Made by a program: the position numbers and the translations under genes. Below, piece after piece: positions 36,079-47,081 of a stretch of 64,000 bases of DNA. The stretch is taken from positions 64,001-128,000 of the IMG/VR virus record IMGVR_UViG_3300037245_001077. The stretch is one strand, 5' to 3'. Below the pieces are notes generated by a model. The model saw only the letters and a list, made by a program, of their open reading frames with translations, did not search any database and was not told the DNA's origin. Position 1 is the stretch's first letter. Each line of letters opens with the position of its first letter. The stretch comes from a virus.

Positions 36079-38361
36079 GTGAGCCATATTCTAGAATTTC
36101 TAGACTTAGTAGACGTTCCGAATTCTTATTCCGGGGCAGATAACTACCGACTGAAAATTGATGGCACGGCGGTGGAGTTTGTTGATGACACTGTTCTCAA
36201 CTTAAATGACACTCCGGCCACTTTTTCAGGATATCCGTCTGCGTATGTGAAAGTAAATTCTGGGTCTTCGGCCCTGGAGTTTGTGACGGATGATACTCTT
36301 CATTTTACTGTAGATGGTGAGATTAGTGCGCTTGATGTTGCTTCACCAGCAGCTACAGATGTTCTTGTTATAGAAGATGCTTCTGACACTTGGAGTAAGA
36401 AGAAGGTTACAGCTCAAAGCATTGCAGATTTAGGTGGGGGTGGCACAGATGATGATGCTATCCACGATAACGTAGCAAACGAAATTACCGCTATTGCAAA
36501 TAAGATTTCAGTAGCCGACGCTGATGAGTTTATCATTGAGGACGGTGAAGCGTCTTATATTAAGAAAGCTGTAACAGCAAAGAATTTTGGTGCTTATGTT
36601 GAAGCTAGTATGGGTGGTCCGTTTTTGGCGGCAGATGGATCTGTTCCTTTAACGGCTGATTGGGATGCTGGTTCTTTTGAAATAAGAGCAGATCAGTTTT
36701 ATGCGGACGGGACAGGAGCACCTTTTATTGTTTCATCATCAGTTCAAGTTTCTAATCTTAATGCAGACTACCTAGATGGTGTTCATCTTGATGGCATTGA
36801 TTACTCAGTAATAACCACAAATGATGCCTCTACTAATATAGTTGCTGAGGAATTAGAGGAGCTTTCAGATGGAAGTTCTACTACACTCCACACTCATGCA
36901 AATATTGGGAATGGCCCCTTCCTTCCTTTAACGGGAGGTAATTTAAGCGGTAATCTGTATATTGATACCGCTACGACTCCTGCGCTTCAGGTTCGTCCGA
37001 GTGGTGGAGCAGTCGATAGACTGGTAATCAGTGCTGCTGCGGGGATCACTTCGATATCGAAATACGATGACACGGGTCAGACAATTATTAGGATTGATCC
37101 GATCCCGTCAGATGGTACAAGCGCAGCATTGTTTCAGCTTTTTCGTACCACAAGCACCTCTGGTACTCGTACACTCACCATGTATGAGGGTGATGGTACT
37201 GCTACTGTCCAACACGAATTTAATTTAGGAACAGGAGCTGTTAGTCTGTGCCAGCAAGCTGGGGATTTGACTGTTGGTGGTCATTTAGGGCTAAAATCTG
37301 TTCCTACAGACCCAGGTGCCACAACAGAAGTTCGGGTAGGCTTAGGTACTGGTGGGTCATTTAGAGTACAAACAGATCTCGCATATTTGGATATAGGACC
37401 ACAGACTAGCGCATGGTGCCATATGACTACAAGTGCATCAAGTGGTTTCTATTTTTCTAATCCAGTAAGGATGTCTCAGCTTTTAACTTGCGGAGATGCT
37501 TGGGGTAGCGCGTTATGGACCCGTGGCGTGATTAAGATTGATAATAATGTTTGGGGTGGAATGGGCTACATGAATGCTGCTCCCATACTTTATCTCGCGG
37601 ATAACAACACCGGAGCATTACAATTTCTACTTGGCACTTTTTCTCAAGCTCGGACGTACAATTTTACTATTCGAGGGACAAACTGGTATAACACTAGAAA
37701 ACCGTGGGAAATTATTTGTACTGTTCAGGTTGGTACAGGGCCGGGTGCTGCTGAGCTTTACGCAGAGGTGGTCGCTGGTTTCCCGCCATTTGATGTAGTA
37801 AGTATTGCTAAAGACGGTTCAGGTAACGAGTGTATTATTTTTGGTGACGAGTCTTCCACTGTTCTTGGGTACTACTGTAACATTACTGTCCCTCACTTTA
37901 CATCTAGTGGTAATCCTGGGATAGGTGCGGTTGATGATTTTACTCTCACTAGAATCACAAGTGTTTCTGGGTACGTCTTTTATCAAACAGATGTAGCCAT
38001 TAGCAATCCCCATCAAGCTCCTAGCACAACCGCAGTTACTCGGCATGGTGCGGCTAATGCTGTTGCGGGGTATAGCTATTACACTATTGTGGATCTGAGT
38101 GCTGGACCGTATATGGTTTGTTTGATTATGAACAATGATTCGATAGAATCTATGAGATTTAGGGTTACGTGTGATGGCACAGTTACTTGGTTAAGCCCTA
38201 GTAATATTCTCATCGGGCAGGTAGATACTGGTCCCGGTGCAGCTCTTAATGTTGCACCCATCTTTGCCCGTAAGTCATTAAAAATAGAAAAATACAACCC
38301 GTATTCAACAACTAAGACACTCACTCACCTGCTTGTATATCACACACTGAGTTTTAACTAA
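36079..38361 (+). CDS. Tail fibre / receptor-binding protein
   Basis: L.D.P.SY repeats, V.NLNAD.LDG and FLPLTGG.L.G.L fibre motifs. Confidence 0.8.
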   Translation: MSHILEFLDLVDVPNSYSGADNYRLKIDGTAVEFVDDTVLNLNDTPATFSGYPSAYVKVNSGSSALEFVTDDTLHFTVDGEISALDVASPAATDVLVIEDASDTWSKKKVTAQSIADLGGGGTDDDAIHDNVANEITAIANKISVADADEFIIEDGEASYIKKAVTAKNFGAYVEASMGGPFLAADGSVPLTADWDAGSFEIRADQFYADGTGAPFIVSSSVQVSNLNADYLDGVHLDGIDYSVITTNDASTNIVAEELEELSDGSSTTLHTHANIGNGPFLPLTGGNLSGNLYIDTATTPALQVRPSGGAVDRLVISAAAGITSISKYDDTGQTIIRIDPIPSDGTSAALFQLFRTTSTSGTRTLTMYEGDGTATVQHEFNLGTGAVSLCQQAGDLTVGGHLGLKSVPTDPGATTEVRVGLGTGGSFRVQTDLAYLDIGPQTSAWCHMTTSASSGFYFSNPVRMSQLLTCGDAWGSALWTRGVIKIDNNVWGGMGYMNAAPILYLADNNTGALQFLLGTFSQARTYNFTIRGTNWYNTRKPWEIICTVQVGTGPGAAELYAEVVAGFPPFDVVSIAKDGSGNECIIFGDESSTVLGYYCNITVPHFTSSGNPGIGAVDDFTLTRITSVSGYVFYQTDVAISNPHQAPSTTAVTRHGAANAVAGYSYYTIVDLSAGPYMVCLIMNNDSIESMRFRVTCDGTVTWLSPSNILIGQVDTGPGAALNVAPIFARKSLKIEKYNPYSTTKTLTHLLVYHTLSFN

Positions 38362-40150
38362 TGGCTAATCCACCACAAGGATCTGATGTTTTACAGGGAC
38401 ACTGGACCTTACCTCTTTTTGCCACTATGGTGTACGGTAACATGCGACATGGAGCACCCCAAACAACCTCTCAAGTTCGTTTAGATTATCAAGCGGGGTC
38501 TAATTCTACTACTTATGTAACAGAAATAGACTACAGCGGTATTGGAGTTGTAACAGCTCTTTCAACTAATCCTAATTCAATCTACTCTGGTGCTTATAGA
38601 CTTACTATTGATGGAGTAGTATTAATTGATGGAACAGTGTCTGCTCCAGGTGACTGGTTGATTGGAATGATTTGGTTAGTAGATATTAAGCTTTCGTGTA
38701 TAGGACCATTATTTTTTAGGGATTCTTTTAAGCTCGAATCTAAACGTGTAAGTCCGAGTTTTCCTTTCTATTGGAATTGTATTTACACAAAAATGGCTTG
38801 GTAGGAGAGTAGGATGACGATTAGAAATATTGATGTTGATACAAACTATGGGGATCTTGTTCAAGGGACCATAGCTGAAATCACAGGGTTCTTTTTCGAA
38901 ATGGACCCTCTGACAAAAGATTCTGTGCTTAAGATTAACTGGAGCGTGTATACTACTCTTACTGATGCTGTAGCGGGGTCTACCGCAGTACGGCTGCAAA
39001 TGCAAGAGCACGTTGGGAAACCAGGAGACCCAGAGTTCCCTATGACTCAGATTGAATTTGACAAACTACGAAATTGGTTGTATGACCAAATTCTTACTGA
39101 CCCAGAATACGCTGGTGGAACAAAGCATCTTGACTAATTTCCATTTTTCTAGTAATGTACTAATCCTTAGGAGGATAGACAATGTCTCACACGAAGATCA
39201 AAGATCCAAAGAAAACTGAATCGGTCCCGGCACCTCCGGGGAATGTCCCTATGCCCACACTAGGTACTTCGAAAGAAGACCTTATTGCTGAGTATAAGAA
39301 GTTAGACGCTTTGCTAACTACCGTGAATCTGAACATCAAAATAGAGAATGAGAAGGCTGTTGCCGCTCAACAGCAGGTTGAAGGCTACCGTAACCAAGGG
39401 CTTCAGGTGGTTGGACAGGCCAATGTTATTGGTCGTATGTTGAATGGGATGGGCATTGATGCCCGTACTTTGAAGGCCGAAACCGGTCCAAACGAGCCGA
39501 ATTTGGCTCCTTTTTCTGTCCCTGAATTGGAAAATGAGGCCGAAGTCCCTGAACCTAAAGAGTTTACCCCTGTTTCGGGGATCAGAAACCGTTTTGCCGG
39601 TCGTTAGTACCTTCCTCGCTTTATTAGATGTGCGGGCGGTTTAGCCGCTGACAACTAAAAAAGCCCTGGATAAGAACCTAGGAGGTATATGATGGGTAGC
39701 GAGTTTGATTACACGTTTGAAGAAAGAGACCGGGATGTTAACGCGGGTCTCTACCAGAAATTTTACATTGAAACACCTATTGGTGACATGGAGTTCACTA
39801 TTGGTGCAGAGGAAACTGAAGTTATTGAGGTTCAGGCCCAAATGGTGGATCCTGCGGGTGACCCCATGGGGGTGGAGTATGTTCTCAACTTCCAATGCAC
39901 GTCTGATGCGACAGGGGAAACTCCGGCTGCACCATCAGGTATTACGATTGCCGCAACAACTGGAACCATTCTTGGAAATTATCCTGGTTATGCGGCTAAC
40001 GCATCGTTCCAGGTTATCACAGACGAAACTGGTCTAGCGGTGTTCACCTTTACCGATGCTTCTACAGGTACTCTGACTATGTACCTTGCTTGCGCCCTTC
40101 CGAATGGTGCATTCGTGGTTAGTGATGCCATCACTTTTGAGAACCCTTAA
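38361..40150 (+). other. Fibre-associated small ORFs (38361-38804, 38814-39137, 39182-39607, 39689-40150)
   Basis: Directly downstream of the fibre genes, SD-bearing. Confidence 0.5.
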
Positions 40151-40244
40151 TCCTTCTGTATAGGATGAACGCACATGGGGACGGATTGCCGTCCCCATTT
40201 GTTTATTGACTGGAAGAGTTAACGGGTAAGACGATGGAGGTGTT

Positions 40245-40706
40245 ATGGACCCGAGTTTGATACAAACAGGCTTTGGGCTAGCAGTAGTTGTGCTTGTCCT
40301 TGAGCGTGTATACGCTATTATAAAGATTACTCTCGACAGCAGGGGAAGTAGTAAAACGTCTAATGGTAATGCCGAAGTTGCACGTACCCTGTTGGAGATT
40401 ATTCAGGAAATGCAGCATCAAATTGGTGATCTTCATGAGTGGCATAAGAAGGAAGACAGTGATGGCCGTAAGATTTGGTACGGGCATAGTGGGGTTGATA
40501 AAGCCCTAGAGCATCTTGCCACCAGCCATCTAGCACAAACAAAACTATTGGAGCATTTGGTAAGATCTTCTGAGGTTCAGGGAACTTCTATAGATGATAT
40601 ACACCGTACCCTAGCAGATTTGTATTCGAATATTTCTAGCTATAGGGAGACAATATGTCCATTTCGGGAATCTACAAAACAGTCAAAGCCAAGGAATCAA
40701 AGTTGA
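40245..40706 (+). CDS. Single-TM protein, holin-like candidate
   Basis: N-terminal TM helix plus helical tail, after the tail module. Confidence 0.4.
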   Translation: MDPSLIQTGFGLAVVVLVLERVYAIIKITLDSRGSSKTSNGNAEVARTLLEIIQEMQHQIGDLHEWHKKEDSDGRKIWYGHSGVDKALEHLATSHLAQTKLLEHLVRSSEVQGTSIDDIHRTLADLYSNISSYRETICPFRESTKQSKPRNQS

Positions 40707-40817
40707 ATATTTTAAGCTCCTTTTCGAGTTAAACCCTGAGTTACTGGACACTAGCCGCCTGCGCAATTTGTGTGAAAAAATTTGCGCATTAAAAAAAGAA
40801 TTACGCGAATATAAGTG

Positions 40818-40846
40818 TTGACAAACAAACAACCTACGAGTATACT
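40818..40846 (+). promoter_or_regulatory. sigma70-type promoter
   Basis: TTGACA-17 nt-TATACT. Confidence 0.8.
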
Positions 40847-40865
40847 CAAACAGGTTGGAGGGTGA

Positions 40866-41633
40866 ATGTCATCAGGATGGTTTGCAGATTTGGGTTGGTG
40901 GGATCAACATGCGGCTTATGCCGCCTTCGATTCTTACAGATCCGATCCTACCTTAGACCAGTTCGATAATGCTATTACCCTTTCCCTCCCCATTATCCGC
41001 GTAGTTTATTCCACTCAAAAATTCAAAGTATCTTATGCAGGAGATGAAGATGATCTTATCTCCCATGCTGCGTTAACAATCACTAAAGCGTTACCAAAGA
41101 TGATTGAAAAACCTGTAGAAAAGCTTGATAATGACAAGAAGTATATGCGTTATTTGTTCACATGTGTCATCAATGCCTTTTATAGAGAGTACGATATCCT
41201 TCATGGTAAGCAGAATAAGCTCACAAGAAAAATTCTTGAAGAACACGAACCCGAAGAAACATACGCCGAAGCACGTAACGTGAAGGCCCTGGAAGCCAGT
41301 CTCACCCTTAAACGCATCCCCCGGCAGCTATTAACATTTGCTATGGAATGTGTCCGGTTTGAGGATGGCTCCAGAAAAGTGTGTAAGTACATCCTAGAAC
41401 AAATGATTGATGGTCGTGAAATTGCTAAGTCGGTCCTCCAGCTTATGGGTTGCAAGGACCGACATTTCTTTATCCACTATTGTGAGAGTATCTTGCTTCA
41501 GGCATTTCTTCTTCTTCGTAAGAGGAAGCCTTTGGTTGGAGGAACAACCTTTGAGGGGCAAGTCTCTCATGAAGACTCTGAGAGTTCTTTTGACCTTGGG
41601 TACTTCATGGATGAAGGTTACATGGGTGCATAG
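40866..41633 (+). CDS. Possible divergent sigma factor
   Basis: DEDDLIS.A.L.I.KAL...YL...VINAF resembles sigma region 2. Confidence 0.4.
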   Translation: MSSGWFADLGWWDQHAAYAAFDSYRSDPTLDQFDNAITLSLPIIRVVYSTQKFKVSYAGDEDDLISHAALTITKALPKMIEKPVEKLDNDKKYMRYLFTCVINAFYREYDILHGKQNKLTRKILEEHEPEETYAEARNVKALEASLTLKRIPRQLLTFAMECVRFEDGSRKVCKYILEQMIDGREIAKSVLQLMGCKDRHFFIHYCESILLQAFLLLRKRKPLVGGTTFEGQVSHEDSESSFDLGYFMDEGYMGA

Positions 41634-41785
41634 ATGTTGAGTTATAGTGCCCCGAATAAGGACATTGTGTAACTGGTGCTCTGAAACTTGTAATACACTC
41701 GGGATACACCGGGGAACATTAAACCAAGAACGTTGAGAACCACTACATGATGCGAGCCTGTTTGGGGCACTTTTTAAGGTGCTAA

Positions 41786-42037
41786 ATGGACAACCCTAAT
41801 ATACTTCCTCCCATTTTCGGGGAGCTTATATCTTTAGCTGATAAAGTAGAGCAAATAGATGGAAAGGTTATCGAGGCGTATTGTTTGAGCCTTGATGACG
41901 AGGAATCTTTTATGCCTGAACTTGTTGGTATTATCGGTCCTATGGCGTTCCAGATGCTAGTATGCTACTATGGTGGTCAGTCAATGCGGATTCCTTGCCC
42001 AGAGGATATTTTGGCTAAGCTGAAGGAGAATTCATGA
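41786..42037 (+). CDS. Mor/C-like activator N-terminal domain protein
   Basis: LVGIIG......L...YGG....IP motif. Confidence 0.55.
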   Translation: MDNPNILPPIFGELISLADKVEQIDGKVIEAYCLSLDDEESFMPELVGIIGPMAFQMLVCYYGGQSMRIPCPEDILAKLKENS

Positions 42038-42561
42038 GGCAAGACGGTATTGATATTGTTCACGAATTATCGGGAGAGTTACTAGAAGCGGTGATGACCG
42101 GGGGCAAAGTCAGTGCCGAATTAATTGGACTTGCCGAAAACGTTATCCATGCACATCAGGTGTATGTGCAATTACTCTACGTTGGAATGGTTGTAGGTCA
42201 AATTACTGAGCTAGCCAATTTCCTTGACGCACTAGACAACCTAGTAGCTGACGTAGACAGAGAAGATCTTGCAGAAGCAACTACTGCGGAGAAGATCCGG
42301 GGTGTTACCGCCTTCAACCAAGCAATCAAAACCAAAGTCGAAATCATCTCTAATATGATGGCGTCGAAGGACGCTATTGGTATGTTGACTTCTTCGTTGA
42401 AGGAAACCTTCGGAGATTCTGAAACTCTTCTGGAAGAGGGTGGAGCGGATAGCAACATGCTGAAGAAGCTTAAGGACATGCCTCCTGAGGCACGCCAACG
42501 AATCTTGGGTTCTGCTGTGGCTAAATTACGTGAATCAATGACTGGAGCTGAAGATGAATGA
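42034..42561 (+). CDS. Hypothetical helical protein (small terminase candidate by position only)
   Basis: All-helical, upstream of the large terminase. Confidence 0.35.
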   Translation: MRQDGIDIVHELSGELLEAVMTGGKVSAELIGLAENVIHAHQVYVQLLYVGMVVGQITELANFLDALDNLVADVDREDLAEATTAEKIRGVTAFNQAIKTKVEIISNMMASKDAIGMLTSSLKETFGDSETLLEEGGADSNMLKKLKDMPPEARQRILGSAVAKLRESMTGAEDE

Positions 42562-42907
42562 CGACGAGCTGATTAAAAAAAAGGCTAATCGGATACGGTA
42601 TGTAGGATTGACGGGTACTATCCACACAATCGTTAAAAACAGAAAATATGGAGATGCTGTTCGTAAGACCGTTGAAATCCTAAGGGTGTTATACCCTGAA
42701 GGAATTCGCCCTGACCAGTATTCAGATCTTTTGCTGCTGGTACGGGTTCAGGATAAGATGGTGCGGATTGCTTCGTACACTCCAGAGCGTCGTAAGAAAG
42801 ACGATGAGAGTCCTTGGGCAGATATTCGTGGTTACGGGACTTTAGGTGAAGAGAAAGATCTCGATCCTAATGAGGAGGGGATTCCTCCAGGGGAGTACCA
42901 TCTCTAA
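42554..42907 (+). CDS. DUF1599/DUF6378-like nucleotide-modification-associated protein
   Basis: KN..YGD...DK..RI....W.DI.GY..L. Confidence 0.65.
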   Translation: MNDDELIKKKANRIRYVGLTGTIHTIVKNRKYGDAVRKTVEILRVLYPEGIRPDQYSDLLLLVRVQDKMVRIASYTPERRKKDDESPWADIRGYGTLGEEKDLDPNEEGIPPGEYHL

Positions 42908-43183
42908 TGTGGTCTACAATATTAGTAATGTTTCTTGTGCTATTTATAGTCAACACAGCCGTTACGTTTTTGCTATTTTGGTTGATGAGAAGGTTTTATG
43001 CTGCTCGGTTTGACCGTTTTGCTGTAATTGTGCAGGAGGCTATGGCTCTTCGAGATGCTCAGATAGCTAAGTTTGAAGCTCAGTTTGCAGATGCTTTAAT
43101 CAAAGACACTAAGATCATCGACGATTTACTAGACGATTACTCTGATATTGTGGATACCGAAATTAAGGAAGAGGGAGAAGCCG

Positions 43184-44275
43184 ATGAACGTGAAGGAGAA
43201 GATAGCTAAAGAGTTAGACGCTCTTGTCTTGCTTATTGCTGAAGCTTACAATGAGCTAGTTACAGGAGAAATCTCAGACCAAGAGTTCAAGGAAGCAGTA
43301 GACAAGGTTGCTCTGGCCAGGGATAAGACGGCGGATAACTTCTTAGTAATAATAAAAGAGGTCGTTCAAGACACTGTGGAATCTGTGGCTGTTGAAAATA
43401 CGGCAAACAAGGAAATGCAGTTAAGCAAACTCACTCCTTCTCCAGTTGTTTCTGACACACCCACCTACACTCGTGTTCCTGATCCAACTAAGCCTGTAAT
43501 GCTAGGAGAGTCTCAACCCCTTCCACGTACTACTGAAGATCCTGTAGATCTTTACGCGGGGAAACATCAGCTTCCTAATACGCCTCCTCCTGCTATGCCG
43601 ACTCCTGCTGTGCCGAATGCTCCTAGTCGTATTTTAGAAACTGCTAGTGTGGTGGACATAGACCCCGGTGAGGTAGATCACCCAACCATGGGGCTAACGC
43701 TTGAGCAAGAGAAACGTCAAGAAGCTGGGTTGCCTATTAAACCCTACCGTCCTACGATCCACATTGATTACCAAGGGTCACAGGAAGAGCTATTCAACAA
43801 GGATGCAGTATCACTTGCTCCTCCTACGCCTACCCTTCCTATCCCTGAACCGGCTCCCAAAGTAGAGCCTGCTCCTAAGGTTGAGCCAAAACCGCTTACG
43901 GTATCAGAGAAGGGTGCTCTGCACCAAATTCAGGATATAATGATTCCTTACAGGGAGGATGCCGATAAAACTCTCGCTACGCTGGCCTGTAGCGTCCTTA
44001 CGGTGATATCCGCAGCCTTGGCCCAAGAAGGAGACACAACGCGGTACAGCGGCATGGAGATGCTCTGGGGGGCACTGACGAGTGCTATCCAGAAGCTCCG
44101 TAAACTCGATAAAGAAGTCAAGTTCCAGGGGGATGTTCTGGAGCTTAGGGAAACGGTAGCAGCAGCAGTTGAGGACATCCTCACTACAGTAGCTACTTAC
44201 CCTTTACCGGACGAGGCTCCCACAGAGGAGCCGATAGTTTCCGAGGAAAAGATGGAGAAGAAGGATGGCGACTAA
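43184..44275 (+). CDS. Hypothetical acidic, Pro-rich protein
   Basis: Long ORF with SD; EPAPKV repeat. Confidence 0.6.
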   Translation: MNVKEKIAKELDALVLLIAEAYNELVTGEISDQEFKEAVDKVALARDKTADNFLVIIKEVVQDTVESVAVENTANKEMQLSKLTPSPVVSDTPTYTRVPDPTKPVMLGESQPLPRTTEDPVDLYAGKHQLPNTPPPAMPTPAVPNAPSRILETASVVDIDPGEVDHPTMGLTLEQEKRQEAGLPIKPYRPTIHIDYQGSQEELFNKDAVSLAPPTPTLPIPEPAPKVEPAPKVEPKPLTVSEKGALHQIQDIMIPYREDADKTLATLACSVLTVISAALAQEGDTTRYSGMEMLWGALTSAIQKLRKLDKEVKFQGDVLELRETVAAAVEDILTTVATYPLPDEAPTEEPIVSEEKMEKKDGD

Positions 44276-44595
44276 AGAAGTTCTTTCAGCCTATCTTGTC
44301 TTGGTTAGAGTTAATTTACTGGGGGGAAAAGAGGTCGTAGCTGTTGATGCTTTCCGGGCAGAAGACGCGGACACAGCTTTGAACTACGCCCGGAACATGT
44401 TTCTTCGGAGTGGGGGAGAGGCAGTTGTTTATGGACAGGCTTCTTTTTTTAACGGGACCGTTGGTGCAGTAGAAGCTGAAGTTATCGGGATCTTGGATGA
44501 GGAGCATGAAATAAACGCTAAGTGGAGGACTTCCATGGATGTGTTCGATGAATTTCTTGAACGCGAGGAACTCAGGGACCAGCTAAAACAACGAT

Positions 44596-46674
44596 ATGAC
44601 GAGAAGTAAGACTGATATTTCGAGGCTCTTACCCACAGTTAAATACGAAGATTTAACTGAAGTTGACAGTGCGATGGTTAAAGAGCTATTAGAATACCTA
44701 GAAGCTACAGGAGACTCTGGGGTATTAGAGGATATCTTTGCGCTCGATTATGATACTACGCCTGTTACTCCTTACGAATTTCTGACCTCTAGACACTATA
44801 TGGGTCCGTTTACTGATGCGTTGTATCCTAAATGGCGTGAAGAGCTATTCTATGTCCTTGACCCTAAACACCAAATCAATGAATGGATCATTTATGGGTC
44901 AATTGGAACAGGGAAGACCTCAGCCGCTTGTGTTGCTCAGCTTTACAAGTTGTACTGGTTAACGTGCATGAAGTCTCCTCAGCGGATCTTTGGGTTGGCT
45001 GAGCACTTCCCCGTGTACTTTGCCTTCTTTTCTATTACTAAGGGTAAGGCAGAGGACGCAATCAACGCGAAGTTCCAGGGCATGATGAACCTGAGTCCTT
45101 ACTTCCGTGAACGGCTCCCCAAGAACCCTAGGAAGGTATTCCTTCAGGGCGCAGCAAACCTTTTCGGTGCGGGGTACAAAGAGCACCCTAAGAAAGATGA
45201 TCTTTTTGAACTTGTGTTACCTCACAACCTTCACCTACTCTTTGGTTCCCAAACCCAGCACGCTCTTTCACTCGATGTGTTCTCGGCTACTTTGGATGAG
45301 ATGAACTTCCGTGGTAAGAAGTCTGTTAGTGAAGAAGAGGATGAGAATAGTGCCCAGAAGCTCTACCATCAGGTGCGTACTCGTATTGAATCCCGGTTCA
45401 AGAACGCAGGTTATAACCCCGGATTAGTTATCAATATCTCTTCTGCCAGGTCTTCTGATTCTTTTGTGGAACAACGGATTCAAGAGGTTCGGCAGAACAA
45501 TATTTCCAACGTACATGTCTCGGATTTTGCTCTATGGGATGTTAAGCCGGGGCGGTATGGTTCTAAAACCTTTAAGATTTTCGTTAGTTCTGGTTTCCGT
45601 TCTTCTCGTATTTTAGAAGAGGATGAGGTAGTCCTTGATCTTCGTGAAGGCGAACAAATTATTGATGTACCAGAGTCTTTCCGGTCTTCATTTGAATCTG
45701 GGTTGGACCCGGCTATTCGGGATATTGCGGGTGTGCCTACCGCAGCGATCAACAAGTTGTTCAAACGTAGAGAAATTATCTTGGAGGCCAATGGGAAGTA
45801 TGTCAATCCTATCCAACCTGAAACCCTTGAGATTGGGCTTCAGAGTGGATTAGAGGTTTCGGACTTCTTTGATGTTGATTCAGTTAGTCGATACGACAAC
45901 ATGCAACGCTACCTACTACATTACCCACGTGCGGGTAGGTTCGTACACGTAGACTTGGCCCGGAATGGAGATTGTGCAGGTATAACGGGGCTATGTATCC
46001 CATTCTACTACTACAAGAACCTCCCTCATACAGATGATAACCGTGAAAAAGTCACACTAAAATTACCTTTCGTTTTCGTGGATTTCCATTGTCGGATTAA
46101 AGCTCCTAAGCTGGATGAAATTGCTTTTGAGAAAGTGCGACAATTTGTAGTTTGGCTTCGAGATAACATGAATTATTCAATTGTCCGGGTGTCTTATGAC
46201 TCCTGGCAATCTGTTCATTCAATGCAGCTCTTGAAAGAAAATGGGTTCGAGGTAGAGACTATTTCGGTGGATAGGACTGATGAGCCGTACATGGAACTGC
46301 TTAGTGCCTTTGTGGAAAAGCGTATTATGAAGCCCCCCTTCTCTTTTGTTGATAAGGAGCTGAGGGATTTAGAGCACGATCTTTCTGCGGCCAAGGGTTC
46401 GGTAGACCACCCTCGTAACAGTTCAAAGGATGTTTCGGATTCATTAGCTGGGGCATATGCTAATGCCCTAGAGTGGATTCACAAACACGGCTTTGGGGCA
46501 ATTGGGGCATACTTAATTCAAGAGGAAGTACTCCCCACTATTTTCCTAAAAAGCCCTAAGGAAATCAGGGTGGCAAGACTTTCTAAGGAGATGGGTTACG
46601 ATGAACCAGTGTTCTTGGAAAGTGGATACGAAGGACACTTCCAAAGGACGACACGCCTTGCTTCAAGGGGATAG
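44596..46674 (+). CDS. terL: Terminase large subunit
   Basis: Walker A GSIGTGKT, Walker B ATLDE, ISS coupling motif, nuclease HVDLA, YDSWQS, DHP..SKDVSD. Confidence 0.92.
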   Translation: MTRSKTDISRLLPTVKYEDLTEVDSAMVKELLEYLEATGDSGVLEDIFALDYDTTPVTPYEFLTSRHYMGPFTDALYPKWREELFYVLDPKHQINEWIIYGSIGTGKTSAACVAQLYKLYWLTCMKSPQRIFGLAEHFPVYFAFFSITKGKAEDAINAKFQGMMNLSPYFRERLPKNPRKVFLQGAANLFGAGYKEHPKKDDLFELVLPHNLHLLFGSQTQHALSLDVFSATLDEMNFRGKKSVSEEEDENSAQKLYHQVRTRIESRFKNAGYNPGLVINISSARSSDSFVEQRIQEVRQNNISNVHVSDFALWDVKPGRYGSKTFKIFVSSGFRSSRILEEDEVVLDLREGEQIIDVPESFRSSFESGLDPAIRDIAGVPTAAINKLFKRREIILEANGKYVNPIQPETLEIGLQSGLEVSDFFDVDSVSRYDNMQRYLLHYPRAGRFVHVDLARNGDCAGITGLCIPFYYYKNLPHTDDNREKVTLKLPFVFVDFHCRIKAPKLDEIAFEKVRQFVVWLRDNMNYSIVRVSYDSWQSVHSMQLLKENGFEVETISVDRTDEPYMELLSAFVEKRIMKPPFSFVDKELRDLEHDLSAAKGSVDHPRNSSKDVSDSLAGAYANALEWIHKHGFGAIGAYLIQEEVLPTIFLKSPKEIRVARLSKEMGYDEPVFLESGYEGHFQRTTRLASRG

Positions 46675-46722
46675 GCGTAATCCTGCTTTATTACAGTGAC
46701 TTGACAAGTCGGAGGACTAGCT

Positions 46723-47076
46723 ATGAGCTTTCGTGAAAAAGTAGACGAACATATCGAAGAGACATTGATGGAAGGCGTTCTTCCGGACGTAGACGACGTT
46801 CTGGAGATAGAAGTGCCTAACCAGAAATCGGGACCACAGGCGAGTGGTGATGGAGGCGGGCCAAAGAGTGCTCGGGCTAGAGAAGCCACCTTCACTGACC
46901 ATACTGCACCCCCGAATTTTGGTGGAGCTAGCCGGGATAAGAAGTTCCCGTGCCCGCCTTTCAGTAATGCCAACAGAAGCATTCCACCTGCGAAATTCGG
47001 TGGTGCTGCCAAGATCAAAGAAGAGGCTATTCAAGCCGTTCTTGCTGACTTGGAAGCTATGCAGGATGCCGAATAA
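46723..47076 (+). CDS. Hypothetical protein
   Basis: SD GGAGG; PP..FGGA duplicated. Confidence 0.6.
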   Translation: MSFREKVDEHIEETLMEGVLPDVDDVLEIEVPNQKSGPQASGDGGGPKSARAREATFTDHTAPPNFGGASRDKKFPCPPFSNANRSIPPAKFGGAAKIKEEAIQAVLADLEAMQDAE

Positions 47077-47081
47077 GGGGG

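Noticed and set aside
44596-46674. Intein or intron in the terminase
   Set aside because: The ORF is continuous, with no C...HN splice motifs or LAGLIDADG blocks seen.
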